This document shows positions 22,940 to 36,520 of a DNA stretch of 64,000 nucleotides, in pieces; positions within the stretch are counted from its first letter, which is position 1, and each line of letters starts with the position of its first letter. A model generated the notes under the pieces. That model was not told the origin of the DNA. It saw only the letters and a program-made list of their open reading frames with translations, and did not search any database. Position numbers and translations under genes: made by a program. Origin of the DNA: Mobula hypostoma (Eukaryota); assembly GCF_963921235.1 (NCBI RefSeq), contig NC_086108.1:27964001-28028000 (forward strand), given 5' to 3'.

Positions 22940-24444
22940 TTGAGGTGTTGGGCCAGCAGTGCTAAAGCACCACCTCCCACTGGTGAGCTTAAAAACTTGG
23001 CATCTGCCTCTATCAGAGTTGTTGGTCGCTTCCATCCAACAGATAGTCTACTCTTCAGATGTCTATGCAACTACTGAAGGGTTTGCAAAATACGGATACA
23101 CTGTCGGACTATCTGCCCCTTTGGACATACTTGGTCCACACCCATGCTGATTCTGTCTTTGCTGCCCTGCTGGGTGACTTTATCTCTCTTCTAGTGAAGC
23201 CAAGGTCACGCAGCCACTTCTGGGATGTGAACACAATAAACCCACGGCAGCCTACTTCGAATGGATGGCATGAGACCTTCCACCCTCGGTCTCTGCATTC
23301 TGATCTTAATTCTGCATACTTGGTTAACTTGTGCTCATGGGCTTCATCAATATTGTCTTCCCAGGGGACTGTGAGTTCACCAATAACCACTTCTCTGCTG
23401 GTGTCAGACCATACGATTATATCTGGACACAATGTTGTGAAAGCTATTTGCTCCGGGAAACTGCCTTTCCCATTCAAGTCGGCCTTGACACACTGATCAT
23501 TGTCTGAAGAAAGTTTACTTGATCATGAGCCTGCGCTGTACACCCTTGACTTGGAGCCTTCTTTCACAAATAATATGCGATGTTCTGTGCAGCATGGGGC
23601 ATGAGATAAGTTGTGCTACAGTACTCTCTGCTCAACCGCTTCTGTTACAACTTTGAGAATGTTGTTATGTCTCCAAGTGTACATGCCGCTGGAAAGATTG
23701 ACTCTGCATGCACTCAAAATATGTTGAAGTGTTCCCTTCTCGCCACAAGCAGCACACCTGTCTGTCTTATCTTTATACCGGGTGCTGAGGTTGGCAGGTG
23801 TTGGGAGCAGATCGTACGCTGCTCTGCATAGAAAAGAGATGCGGAGCAGTTCCATCTGCCACAGAACATTCCAAGATAGATGTCATTGTTCAACACTTTC
23901 CCACCAGGTCCAAGCCCCTTGTTTGGCCAGGCCAGCTGTTTTAGATAACCTCTTCTCCTTTTCTACCTCTCGTATTTCTTGCATTACAAGCTCACAGCGC
24001 TCCTTACCTGTAGAAGATGACCATCACTTGTGGGTTGTCCATCCAAGTCCCCGGCAGCCTAGCTGGATAGCCCCAACCATCTCCTTGTGCTTCAATTTAG
24101 ACTCTGCCTCATCAACTGCTACATGGGCTGACCTCTTCCTGCCTGATCTCACATCTGGCTGGGTGTTCTTGATGACAGGGTCTTTTGAGTCTCAAAGCAT
24201 CAAGAATGATCTTACCTTGGCTACCTTGACCTCTTCAACAAGGGATTGCACTGGGATGGTAAGCTTTGTCTGGCTATTGTGGGTTGCAACATTGGTGAGG
24301 CTGCTCAGTACTCCAAGCCACTTCTTCACATACTTGTTGATCTTCCGTTCCATTGCCTCAACATGGGACATTGCCACTTCATAGACAGTTAGTGGCCACA
24401 TTATCCGTGGCATCAGTCCGTACTGCAAGCACCACAACTTCAAC

Positions 24445-27199
24445 TATTGAAAGGACAGACTGATGGGCAGAGGGGTTGGGGTGGCTCTGTTGGTGAGGGA
24501 TAAATATTCAGTCCCTTCCAAGGGGGGACATAGAATCAGGAGACGTAGAGTCAGTATGGATAGAACTGAGAAACTCTAAGGGTAGAAAGACCCTAAAGGG
24601 AGTTATCTACAGGCCCCCAAACAGTAGTCTGGATGTAGGGTGCAAGTTGAATCAAGAGTTAAAATTGGCATGTCACAAAGGTAATGCTACAGTTGTTATG
24701 AAGGATTTCAATATGCAGGTAGAATAGAAGAATCAGGTTGGTACTGGACCCCAAGAAGGGGAGTTTGTGAAGTCGTTCCGAGATGGATTCTTAGAACAGC
24801 TTGTACTGGAGCCTACCAGAGAGTAGGCAATTCTAGATTTAGTGGGGCGCAATGAACCAAATTTGATCAGGGACCTCGAGGTAAAGGAGCCATTAGGAGG
24901 TAGTGACCATAATATGATAAGTTTTAATCTACAAATTGAGAGGGAGAAGGGAAAATCGGAAGTGTCACTATTACAGTTGAACAAAGGGAACTATGGAGCT
25001 ATGAGGGAGGAGCTGGCCAAAGTTCAATGGAACAATACCCTAGCAGGGATGACAGTGGAACAACAATGGCAGGTATTTCTGGGAATAATGCAAAAGGTGC
25101 AGGATCAGTTCATTCCAAAGAGGAAGAAAGATCCGAATGGGAGTAAGGGGAGGTTGTGGCTGACAAGGGAAGTAATGGACAGTATAAAAATAAAAGAGAA
25201 GAAGTATAACACAGCAAAGACGAGTGGGAAGCCGGAGGATTGGGAAACTTTTAAAGAGCAACAGAAGGTAACTAAAAAGGCAATACACGGAGAAGAAAAT
25301 GAGGTACGAAGGTAAATTAGCCAAGAATATAAAGGAGGATAGTAAAAGCTTCTTTAGGTATGTGAAAAGGAAAAAAATAGTTAAGACCAAAACAGGGCCC
25401 TTGAAGACAGAAACAGGTGAATTTATTATGGGGAACAAGGAAATGGCAGATGAGTTGAACAGATACTTTGGACCTGTCTTCACGAGGGAAGACACAAACA
25501 ATCTCCCAGATATAATAGTGGCCAAAGGACCTAAGGTAATGGATGAACTGAAGAAAATTTATATTAAGCAGGAAATGGTGATGGATGGGCTGTTGGGTCT
25601 GAAGGCTGATAAGTCCCCGGGACCTGATGGTCTGCATCTCAGGGTATTTAATGAGGTGGCTTTAGAAATCGTGGACACATCTGTGATCATTTTCCAACGT
25701 TCTATAGATTCAGGATCAGTTTCTGTGGATTGGAGGAGGGTGGCTAATGTTGTCCCTCTCTTCAAGAAAGGAGGGAGAGAGAAAACAGGGAATTATAGAC
25801 CGGTTAGCCTGATGTCGATGGTGGGAAAGATGCTGGAGTCAATTATAAAAGATGAAATTACAACACATTTGGATAACAGTAACAGGACTGGTCTGAATCA
25901 GCATGGATTTACAAAAGGGAAATCGTGCTTGACTAATCTTCTGGAATTTTTTGAGGATGTAACTATGAAAATGGACAAGGGAGAGTCAGTGGATGTAGTG
26001 TACCTGGACTTTCAGAAAGCCTTTGATAAAGTTCCACATAGGAGATTAGTGGTCAAAATTAGGGCACATGTTATTGGGGGCAGAGTACCGACATGGATTG
26101 AAAATTGGCTGGCTGAACAGGAAACAAAGAGTAGTGATTAACGGGTCCCTTTGGGAATAGCAGGCAGTGACCAGTGGGGTACTGCAGGGTTCAGTGCTGG
26201 GACCGCAGCTGTTTACAATATATATTAATGATTTAGATGAAGGGATTAAAAGTAACATTAGCAAATTTGCAGATGACACAAAGCTGGGTGGCAGTGTGAA
26301 ATGTGAGGAAGATGTTATGAGAATGCAGGGTGACTTGGACAGGCTGGGTGAGTGGGCGGATGCAAGGCAGATGCAGTTTAATGTGGATAAATGTGAGGCT
26401 ATCCACTTTGGTGGTAGAACAGGAAGGCAGATTATTATCTAAATGGTGTCAAGTTAGGAAAAGGAGAAGTACAACGAGATCTAGGTGTTCTTGTACATCA
26501 GTCACTGAAAGCAAGCATGCAGGTACAGCAGGCTGTGAAGAAAGCTAATGGCATGTTGGCCTTCATAACAAGGGGAATTGAGTATAGGAGCAAAGAGGTC
26601 CTTCTGCAGCTGTACAGGGCCCTGATGAGACCACACCTGGAGTACTGTGTGCAGTTTTGGTCTCCAAATTTGAGGAAGGACATTCTTGCTATTGAGGGAG
26701 TGCAGCGTAGGTTCACAAGGTTAATTCCCGGGATGGTGGGACTGTCATATGTTGAAAGATTGGAGCGACTGGGCTTGTATACTCTGGAATTTAGAAGGCT
26801 GAGAGGGGATCTTATTGAAACATATAAGATTATTAAGGGATTGGACAAGCTGGAGGCAGGAAGTATGTTCCCACTGATGGGTGAGTCCAGAAGCAGAGGC
26901 CACAGTTTAAGAATAAGGGGTAGGCCATTTAGAACGGAGCTAAGGAAAAACTTTTTCACCCAGAGTGGTGGATAAGTGGAATGCTCTGCCCCAGAAGACA
27001 GTGGAGGCCAAGTCTCTGGATGCTTTCAAGAAAGAGATGGCTAGAGCTCTTAAAGATAGCAGAACCAAAGGTTATGGGGATAAGGCAGGAACTGGATACT
27101 GATTGTGGATGATCAGCCATGATCACAGTGAATGGCAGTGCTGGCTGGAAGGGCCGAATGGCCTACTCCTGCACCTATTGTTTATTGTCTATTGTCTAT
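24445..27199 (+). mobile_element. CR1 LINE truncated within the APE domain, frameshifted, nested in Hero
   Basis: ORF pieces 24842-25315, 25299-26141, 26167-26442 and 26517-26975 are homologous to 4721-7573; (ctattgt)n tail; the Hero frame GLPG/KLWCLQ is joined across it. Confidence 0.96.
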
Positions 27200-28525
27200 T
27201 GCCAGGCAAGCCACACTTGTCAACAGACATCAGACCTCTGCTGATCTGTTCTCCTGTCTCTTTAACCCTCTTGGTGTCTCTCAGCTCCTCTGTGTAACAT
27301 CGCCTAGGGCTCTTAACTGGTTGGTCCTGAATGGATGGAATCTCCTCTCCACAAAGGGTGAAATGAAAGTCAACCAGCTTTCCTCTCCTAAGAACAAGGC
27401 TCCTTGACTTCTTGAACTTGAACTTCATTCTTCCCCAATCCATTAGCTCCTCAAGTGTCGATAGTACATTTTCCACTGCCTCCGTGCTAGGACCTAAAAG
27501 GGTGAGATCGTCCATGAACGCTCGTATTGGTGGTAACTCCCATCCGCCATCAAGTGCGACACCTGGTCCCACTGATTCTGCAGCCCTCACAATGTCCTCC
27601 ATGGCTAACACAAAAAGGATGGGTGAAATCGCACATCCCATTTGGATTCCAACATCCAAGCTCTGCCACCTGGTTGTAAACTACTGAGTGGAAAACCTCA
27701 TCCGGAAATCGTTGCAGTACTGCATAGCAAAGTTCCTTACCTTAGCAGGAATCCATAGGAATTCCATTGCAAACTCAATCAGGGCATGGGGAGCAGAACC
27801 ATGCGCATTTGCAAGATCAAACCAAGCTACAGTCAGATTTCTTCTCAACCTTTTCAACTCCTGGATGGTATGCCATATCATACTAGTATGTTCAAGGCAG
27901 CCTGGGAAGCCTGGTACTCCTGCCTTCTGCACAGATGTATTTACCAATCCATTCTCTATCACAAATGAAGATATTCTTTCTGCTAGAATGCCAAACATAA
28001 TCTTCCCCTCTACATTCAGGAGTGAAATGGGTCAGAACTGATTCAATGTCGTAGAATTCTCTTCCTTCGGGATGTATTCTCCTTCAGCCTCACTCCAAGA
28101 CAAAGGAACAACACCTTGTCTCCACACCACCTTTACAATCTCCACAAGTATTTCCTCAGCTCTTCACACTTCTTGAACACCTTATACGGCACTCCATTAG
28201 GTCCTGGCACTGAGCCTGACCTTGCCTTTCCGATTATGATCATGGCTGATCTGCCTCAGATAAAACATAGAAGATTGAACATTCCAGCACAGGAGCAGGG
28301 CCTTTGGCCGATGATTTTCTGCTGAACTAATTAGCCCGAGCGAAAAGATATCAGCTGTAGAGCAGCATACTTTTCTTTTATTCCAGCTCTCCATTGTCCT
28401 CAGTTCCACGATTTTTCAAAGAGGTCAATTTCCTTTTTAAATTCCCTCAGTGATCTAGAATTCCAGAAGTTCACCGCTCTGAAAGGAAATTCCCAATGTA
28501 CCTTTGTTTTATTGACTACAATATC

Positions 28526-29342
28526 CTTCACCTACTTGGGCAGCATACTCTCTCGCGCAGTGAACATAGACGCTGAGGTCAACAATAGGATTGCCAAAGC
28601 CAGCACCGCCTTTGGGAGACTCCGTGAGAACGTCTGGGAGCAGAGAGGACTCAGCCTTACCACCAAGCTGAAGGTCTCCTGTGCAGTGGTCCTTACCACC
28701 CTCCTTTACGCCAGCGAGACCTGGACTGTCTACAGCAGACACTCCAAACAGCTCAACCACTTTCACCTGAGCTGTCTCCGCAGACTCCTCCACATCAGGT
28801 GGCAGGACAAAGTCCCTGACACGGAAATCCTGGAACGAGCTGGGCTCTGCAGCGTCTACACCCTCCTGCTGAAAGCCCAAGCCAGGTGGGCTGGACATGT
28901 GGTCAGAATGCCAGACAGCCAATTGCCTAAGCAGCTGCTGGACAGAGAACTGTGTCAGGGCAAGCGCTCAGTCGGGGGGGGCAGAAGAAACGTTACAAAG
29001 ATTGCCTCAAAGCGTCCCTCAAAGGCCTGGGTGTCGACATTAACACGTGGGAGACGCTTGCCCTCAACCGTCCAGCTTGGCGCAGCAAGATCACCACAGG
29101 AGCCCGTGCAGCTGAAGTCAGGCGCATCATCGAGGCGCAACGAAAGCGTGCTGTGCGCAAGGCCCGAGCAGCATCCACTGCCACGACAGCACCCACGCAC
29201 TTGTGTCCCACATGTGGGTGAGCCTTCAGGGCCCAGATTGGCCTCATCAGTCACCTCCGGACCCACAGCCACCAATCTCATATTTGACTTTGAAGCCATG
29301 GTCATCTTCGACTACGAAGGACGAACAACAACAACAACAACA
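28526..29342 (+). mobile_element. RTE LINE 3' fragment
   Basis: FTYLGSIL..RIAKASTAFGRL..LLYASETW..RWAGHVVRM; frameshift in the G-run near 28975; C2H2 CPTCG..ISHLRTH; (caa)n tail. Confidence 0.93.
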
Positions 29343-29466
29343 CTGTCCTTACTTACTTGAGACTATCTGTCCAAAGGAGACATCTCAACATTCACACCAT
29401 CCTTCCCCTTACTTATATGCTTCGGAAAGATCACGTTCTTTCATCTAAACTCCAAAGTAAACAGGT

Positions 29467-29473
<7 letters not shown>

Positions 29474-29513
<40 letters not shown>

Positions 29514-29542
29514 TTCTCTCTCTCTCTTTTTCTCTCTCTCTC
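29474..29542. repeat. (CT)n microsatellite, imperfect
   Basis: Direct reading. Confidence 0.95.
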
Positions 29543-29819
29543 AACACTTCTGTGCTCTGCAGTTGTTGTTCATCCCTGATAACTAATGCTGTAACTCTGA
29601 TAATCTGCCTTCTGCTTCCAGGAAATCCCACCGATATTTTTATGACTCTCAGCATGTGTCATTAGCTCTGTAAAACACAAGTGCTTACCTTTCCAATGTT
29701 CTTGTCAAGTGGTCTGATTATGTGTGGTATTCCTTTCGATTCTCTGCATTCGCTTCATGAAGCCAGGTAGAATTCTTTTTCTACACTACTTCCTTGTTAT
29801 CCACTGACATAATACTGAT

Positions 29820-31416
29820 GCTATGGGCACCCGTATGGGTCGTAGCTATGCCTGCCTTTTGTGGAACAATATATGTTCCGTGCCTATTCTGGTATCTGTC
29901 CCCCACTTTTCCTTTGCTACATCGACGACTGCATTGGCGCTGCTTCCTGCACGCATGCAGAGCTTGTTGACTTTATTAACTTTGCCTCCAACTTTCACCC
30001 TGCCCTCAAGCTTACCTGGTCCATTTCTGACACCTCCCTCCCCTTTCTACATCTTTATGGCTCTGTCTCTGGAGACAGCTTATCCACTGATGTCTACTAT
30101 AAGCCTACTGACTCTCACAGCTATCTGGACTAGTCCTCTTCTCACCCTGTCTCTTGCGAAAATGCCATCCCCTTCTCGCAATTCCTCCGTCTCCACTGCA
30201 TCTGCTCTCAGGATGAGGCTTTTCATTCCAGGACGAGGGAGATGTCCTCCTTTTTTAAAGAGATGGGCCTCCCTTCCTCCACCATCAACTCTGCTCTCAA
30301 ACGCATCTCCCCCATTTCACGCACATCTGCTCTCACTCCATCCTCCTACCACCCCACTAGCAATAGGGTTCCCCTGGTCCTCACCTACCACCCCACCAGC
30401 CTCCGGGTCCAACATATTATTCTCCGTAACTTCCGCCACCTCCAACAGGATCCCACCACTAAGCACATCTTTCCCTCCCCCCCCCCACTTCTTTTCGCAG
30501 GGATCGCTCCCTACACGGCTCCCTTGTCCGTTCGTCCCCCAGATCCCTCCCCACTGATCTCCCTCCTGGCACTTATCCTTGTAAGCGGAACAAGTGCTAC
30601 ATATGCCTTTACACTTCCTCCCTTACCACCATTCAGGGGCCCCAGACAGTCCTTCCAGGTGAGGCAACACTTCACCTGTGAGTCGTCTGGGGTGATATAC
30701 TACGTCCGGTGCTCCCAATGTGGCCTTCTATATATTGGCTAGACCTGACACAGACTGGGAGATCGTTTTGCTGAACACATACGCTCTGTCCGCCAGAGAA
30801 AGCAGGATCTCCCAGTGGCCACACATTTTAATTCCACATCCCATTCCCATTCTGACATGTCTATCCACGGCCTTCTCTACTGTAAAGATGAAGCCACACT
30901 CAGGTTGGAGGAACAACACCTTATATTCCGTCTGGGTAGCCTCCAACCTGATGGCATGAACATTGACTTCTCTAACTTCCCCTAATGCCCCACCTCCCCC
31001 TCGTACCCCATCCATTATTTATTTTTATACACACATTCTTTCTCTCACTCTCCTTTTTCTCCCTCTGTCCCTCTGATTATACCCCTTGCCCATCCTCTGG
31101 TGTCCCCCCCTTGTCTTTCTCCCAGGCCTCCTGTCCCATGATCCTCTCATATCCCCTTTTCCCCTTTGCCAATCAACTGTCCAGCTCTTGGCTCCATCCC
31201 TCCCCCTCCTGTCTTCTCCTTCATTTTGGATCTCCCCCTCCCCCTCCCACTTTCAAATCTCTTACTAACTTTTCCTTCAGTTAGTCCTGACGAAGGGTCT
31301 CGGCCTGAAACGTTGACTGTACCTCTTCCTAGAGATGCTGCCTGGCCTGCTGCGTTCACCAGCAACTTTGATGTGTGTTGCTTGAATTTCCAGAATCTGC
31401 AGAATTCCTGTTGTTG
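29820..31416 (+). mobile_element. Penelope-like element, 5'-truncated (RT C-half, GIY-YIG endonuclease, terminal repeat)
   Basis: AMGTRMG..YIDD..VYYKPTDSHSYLD; VIYYVRCSQCGLLYIG..RLGDRFAEH; ends QPDGMNIDFSNFP* near 30985; hammerhead in the tail. Confidence 0.93.
31283..31318 (+). ncRNA. Minimal type I hammerhead ribozyme of the Penelope terminal repeat
   Basis: AGTC-CTGACGA-AGGgtctcggCCT-GAAACGTT-GACT; stem III is only the ACGT palindrome. Confidence 0.8.
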
Positions 31417-31699
31417 ACAACAAGCCTAATATTTTCACACATTTCATTAATCTGATTTCATATCTGTTCCTCAATGTTCCCAGGACCATAAGGGAATCTG
31501 TAGTACAATCCCATCAGTGTAATTGCACCCTTCCTATTCCTGAGTTCTACCCAAATGGACACATTATCTGAGCCCTCCATTATGTCTCCCCTGAATGCAG
31601 TTGTGATATTGTGCCTAAATTAGTAGTGCAATTCCCTCCTCCCCCACCTTTTTATCTCCCCTCTAAGTTTTTTAAAAACTTTGAAAACATGGTCCATTA

Positions 31700-31897
31700 A
31701 TCATCCAAATCAAGTTTCAGTTTCCTGCCTCCCAACATTTTATTCTGGCATCTTCCCTCTTCTTTCCAGTCCTGAAGAAGGATCTCAGCCCAAAACATCA
31801 ATTGTTTACTCATTTCCATTGAAGCTGCCTGACCTGCTGAGTTCCTCCAGTATTTTGTGTATGTTGGTTGGATTTCCAGCATCTGCAGAATTTCTTA
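31700..31897 (+). mobile_element. Older Penelope terminal-repeat fragment with decayed hammerhead
   Basis: cagtcctgaagaaggatctcagcccaaaacatc...gctgcctgacctgctgagttcctccag. Confidence 0.75.
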
Positions 31898-33627
31898 TGT
31901 ATATAAATCTAAGTTATTGTTGCTGCTTTTACACAAGCTCCTTTAACTTACTTGACTGTGAAATCGGCTGAGAGTGGGAGCAGTGGGTGATATCAAGAAC
32001 AGAAACCGAAATTTTCTTCATTGGATAATGACTGTCAAAGTGAATGGATCCTGTCTCTCACAAGTATGGTAGCAAGACATATTATTCACAGCTGTACGGA
32101 TTCATCATTCACAATTATAGTGCTATGCCTTGTCTGTTCCATATCAAACATGAATCTTTTCAATTATGAATTCTCAGAAATGAAAAGCTCTCTCCATTAC
32201 GCCTACTCTGTAATGAATTGTCTTAATGCCAAATCAATAGTGAGTGCATTCATTTACAAGTAGTGAGCCTCATAATTCATGGGTAATGAGCCATGCCACT
32301 CACAGGTGAGTTAACGAGTACTATCAATTAGAGTCAGTAATAAGCACTGGTATTACAAACAAAGTAGGTAATGAGCCCTATCAATTACAAGTACTGAAGA
32401 TAATGAACATTTGACACTGCTGTTGCATGCTACTATTTATTGCTTTACAATCCTCAGGATCAGAGGTCAAAGAGGCACAGTTTTCTGGGATCACTAGGCC
32501 CAGCTTTGGTTGTCTTGGTGATGAAGAGAGGCTGTAAAGATGACAAATTCATCTTAGAACAATATTGTACTTATGAGAGTTGGCGATGTCAGCATCAATC
32601 CCAGTGTTACTTCTCCAGATAAATTAGATCATTGCTACATCAGTGTTGGTTCTTCCATGGTTCTGGAGATGGCTTCGTGTGAACTCCTGTACTTCTTTCC
32701 AAATTTCACACAGGACAACCAGTCTCTGTGGATGTAGAAATGGAGACAATATTTTGTGACCTTCCATCACAAATTAGAACTCCTAAGGCTGCAAAAAGTG
32801 GGTAGGGGAGGGAAGATTTAAAAGATATTTATATTTCAATGGAATGAACAAAAGTGGGGACCAACATAAAAAAGCTATGTAAATAATATGAAAAAAGTGA
32901 GAAAGGAGCCCAGAGTCTGCAAGAAAAATACTTATGCACTTATTAATGTGCAGAAATATCATTTTTATCAGCGTGACTATGGAAGAGATTTTCAAGAGTG
33001 AAGACAAAAATAAAGAGTTTTTCATTTGCAGTTTCCCTCATCTCTTCATATTCCTGGCACTCGGTGCAGCTGAATAAGAACCCACATCCATATTGCAAAA
33101 TAGTGATGAGGAAGTAATAACAGGCCTGACACAGGAAGAAAGAGCTTTGCATTGAAAATGCCCACAAGCAGCTTCAGCCATCATGGGCATCAGTAGGTAA
33201 TGTACCCTCTGACCTTGCATGGAAAACACTAGCCAAATATCTGCAGGGAAAGTGGCAGGAAGCTCCTGATTGAGCATTTTGGTGAATATGAGCACAACCT
33301 CCTCAGAGGAAAGCAAGGTCATGCAGATATTATGTGGTTCCAAATCAAATTTCCAAAGAGAATTCCGTGAGAAACACATTGCTGTTAACTTAGTGAGTCA
33401 GGCAGTATTGGCAAGGAAATGACAAGAAGTCTCATGTTTTGGTGTGACATCATCTACAGTATCTTGTCAAGAACAGCATTAGAAAGAAGACTACTTGGAT
33501 TGAAGCATCAGCAGCCTTGGTGCATGTTATCATGTGTGTAAATCTTTCAGTTCAGACAGAGCCTATGGAAATATTTTTCATAAGAAATAACAGAGTGGAA
33601 ATTGATGGTACGAGTGATAATGTATGT

Positions 33628-34911
33628 TAGTGGTCGCCAACTGGTCGATCTTTGAGACTTTCCCAGTAGATCCCAAAAAAAAATACACAAATACTGTTGT
33701 AATGTAAGCATTATAAAAATAAGTAATATTAATTAGGATAATGGTAATATAGCAATACTTCCGCTACTGAAAGCTGTTTGTAAAGAGAGATTGTTTCCGG
33801 GTTTCAGGGTTTTAGTTCCACTCTTTCTGCCCAGTGCACATGTGTGTAGACATGCACCGCCGTAGAAAAGACCGGAAGTAAAACCCAGCAACCCGGAAAT
33901 ACTATCATAATTAGTATTACTTATTTTTATAATGCTCACATTACAACACCTTTAATTCTACAGTTTGTATGTTTCATTATTTAATTTTATTTCAACACGA
34001 GAAATAAATGCATAAAAATTAACTGTTGCACTCAGTGTGATGACTGGGGCTGAATACTTTCTGCTAGTTCCCTGAAATTTGACTCATAACTACAGACAGC
34101 CAGTCTGAGACAGTCTGTGAGGTGTCTGTCAGTAAGACAGCTCTTGTACTTAGATTTCATAATTTTCATCTGTTGCAGCACAGCGCCCTCGCAAACCTCC
34201 TGACAGACTGACTAGTTGAATGGACAGTTTCCTTTGTTAGACTGAATGTTGAATCTGCCATGTTTTTTAGGTGTTTTGTATTGGTAAACTGTTGCTGAGA
34301 CACTAGTATACGTTTCAGAGGTACGCAAGATAATGACACCACTGTTTTTTGTTTCCCAGTTCTCTTACATTGGGGAATGTTGGAATTTAAAGGGGGAGAA
34401 GTTTTGTAATGTGAGCATTATAAAGATAAGTTAATACCAATTAGGATAATGGAATGATAATACAGCAATACTCCCGCTACGGAAAGCTGTTTGTAAACAG
34501 AGCTTGTTTCCAGGGTTGCGGGGTTTTACTTCTGGTCTTTTCTGCGCATGTGTGTATAAGCCCCTCTGCCGCATTGGTTTTGCCGTCACAGATAAAGTTG
34601 TTCCTTTGGACATGAAGTTGTCAGGTGGTCCTTTTTCAAAGTAGAAGTTACTACAAAAAGTATGAAGTATTGTAATATTCTTAAGGAAAGACAGCTATGG
34701 CCTGTTTGATATGCTAGTTATAGTGTTTTCTTGGTTGAATTAATTTGAAAGTTTGACAAAAGCATTTTATGTACAATTAGCCCAAATAAAAGGCCTCAAG
34801 TTGGAAGTACAATCTGAGTTGTTTTTTCTCTAAACGATTTAGTGGGTAGATCCTGCCTTTCACTAAGGCCGAGGTAGGGAATCTTGGGCTTAAAAAGGTT
34901 GGTGACCACTA
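33628..34911. mobile_element. Non-autonomous hAT (Charlie-like) DNA transposon
   Basis: TIRs tagtggtcgccaac / gttggtgaccacta; perfect 8-bp TSD atgtatgt (33620-27, 34912-19). Confidence 0.88.
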
Positions 34912-35459
34912 ATGTATGTGCACAAAACTTTCCTATACAAGGGTGCAAGAAAGATCTACTGCAACTGAATGGGTTTAAAAAAAATAGAGGCAAATCTTCT
35001 AAAGACACTGAAAGTAGGTCATTTGTTTGGTAAAGGAGTGCACAGATTACAGAAAAGTGTTGTTCCCCCGTGGCTTTTCATTGTGAAAACATCCCTCCTG
35101 TGAAGAATCGTATTACAAAATTGTTTTGAATAACCATCTTCAGTGTAGACTTGCCCACTGAATGTACCTGGCCTGTTTTCTGACAGACCTGTACCAAACT
35201 GAGCATATAGTTGATAGCTCTGATTATGTCTGGAGTAACAACTCACGTGCTTTCAACTCTGCTTTGGATATCCAGCCTTCACCAGCATCCTATGATGGTG
35301 AAATCTGATTGTGTATGTACCTGGCAAGGGACAAACTACTTTAGCATTCCTCAATTCTATTTGTATAAAGGTAAAAATTTTGCATTGGAGATACAAGACG
35401 CAGGAAAATGAGAGCAGGAAATGATCATTATGCCCCGCAAGCCAGCCACAACATTCAAT

Positions 35460-36285
35460 GGTGAGGCCACACCTTGAACAGTTTTGGGCTCCTCATCTAA
35501 GAAAAGACGTGCTGGCATTAGAGAGGGTCCAAAGGCGGTTCACAAGAATAATTCCTGGAATGAAAAGTTTATCGTTCATGGAACTCTGGGTCTGTACTCA
35601 CTGGAACTTTGAAGGATGAGGGGGGAGTCATTGAAACCTTTCAAAAGTTGAAAGGCTGAGACAGAGTAGATGTGGAAAGGATGTTTCCTGATGGAGTAAT
35701 TTTTGGGTTTAGGTCATTTACATTTAACAAGTGGCTTTGGCTACCAGTCTTCTGTTCCTTGAAAATGTATTGTGGATTTAATTTGGAACAATGCACTCCT
35801 AAAAGCTGTGAATCCCAGTCCACATACACTGCTGGCGTCTGTGAGATGGATGCGAATCAGAAGGTGTAAAGTTTGTATGAAGTTTCAAAAAAAAACATTG
35901 TCTATACTTTGTAAATATGGAATCGTCCTTTGTGTTTAGCAAATAAATATCGAGCCCCTCGTTGGGCCAGCAGACCTTTCCACTGAAAGCGTCTCAGTAT
36001 GATGCCTGCTTTACCTTATTTTGTCGAATAAAGAAGCTGCTTTGTATCTTCCAGTAACTCTCTCCGGCGATTTCATTCACACAACAACATTTCCCATGGT
36101 GGGGGAGGCCAGGTTGTTGGGCGTTTCTAAGGCTGAGATTGACAGGTTCTTGATTGGACATGCTATCAAAGGTTACGGGGAGAAGGCCAGGGGATGGGGT
36201 TGAGGAGGAAAGGGCATGATGAAATGGCAGAGCAGACTCGATGCACCAAATGACCTACTTCTGCTTCTATGTCTTCTGGTTTAAT
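35460..36285 (+). mobile_element. CR1 3' fragment interrupted at ~35696-36089
   Basis: RPHL..QFWAPHLRKDVLALERVQRRFTRIIPGM; CR1 3' UTR remnant. Confidence 0.85.
35696..36089 (+). mobile_element. LTR-like or unclassified insertion
   Basis: Interrupts CR1; AATAAA then ends acaacaaca; flanks tttcctgatgg/tttcccatgg; 3' half is homologous to 47050-47260. Confidence 0.6.
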
Positions 36286-36520
36286 ATGACCATGCCCCAG
36301 ATCTCAACTGCTCCTCTGTGAAATATTTACAAAGATCGCAATTCCCCAATCTTTCAAAAGTTTATCTACCTGTACTTCTATTGACTTAACTTTCTAACTT
36401 TCTCAGGTAGAGATTTCCCAGCCCATACAATCTGGTCTATATGCCACTCCAATCTTACTAATGCCATTGGCAAATAGCTCCCTCCTCATAAAAGACTAAA
36501 GATGGACAATAAATGCAGTA

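Larger units (their letters stand above)
22850..28233 (-). mobile_element. Hero-clade (RLE) non-LTR retrotransposon, 5'-truncated, split by CR1
   Basis: RT: PGPNGVPY, PISLLNVEGKI, DLANAHGS, MGCAISP, FMDD; knuckle CAACGEKGTLQHILSAC; RLE PDIIVWS..ELTVPWE..KY..FEVGCRGF; stop at 23109. Confidence 0.9.

Noticed and set aside
24444..27201. ctattg as a CR1 target-site duplication
   Set aside because: Keeping one copy breaks the Hero frame by 2 nt; better explained by the CR1 tail repeat plus chance match
32943..33379. Short ORFs in unique sequence
   Set aside because: No recognisable protein motifs; consistent with chance
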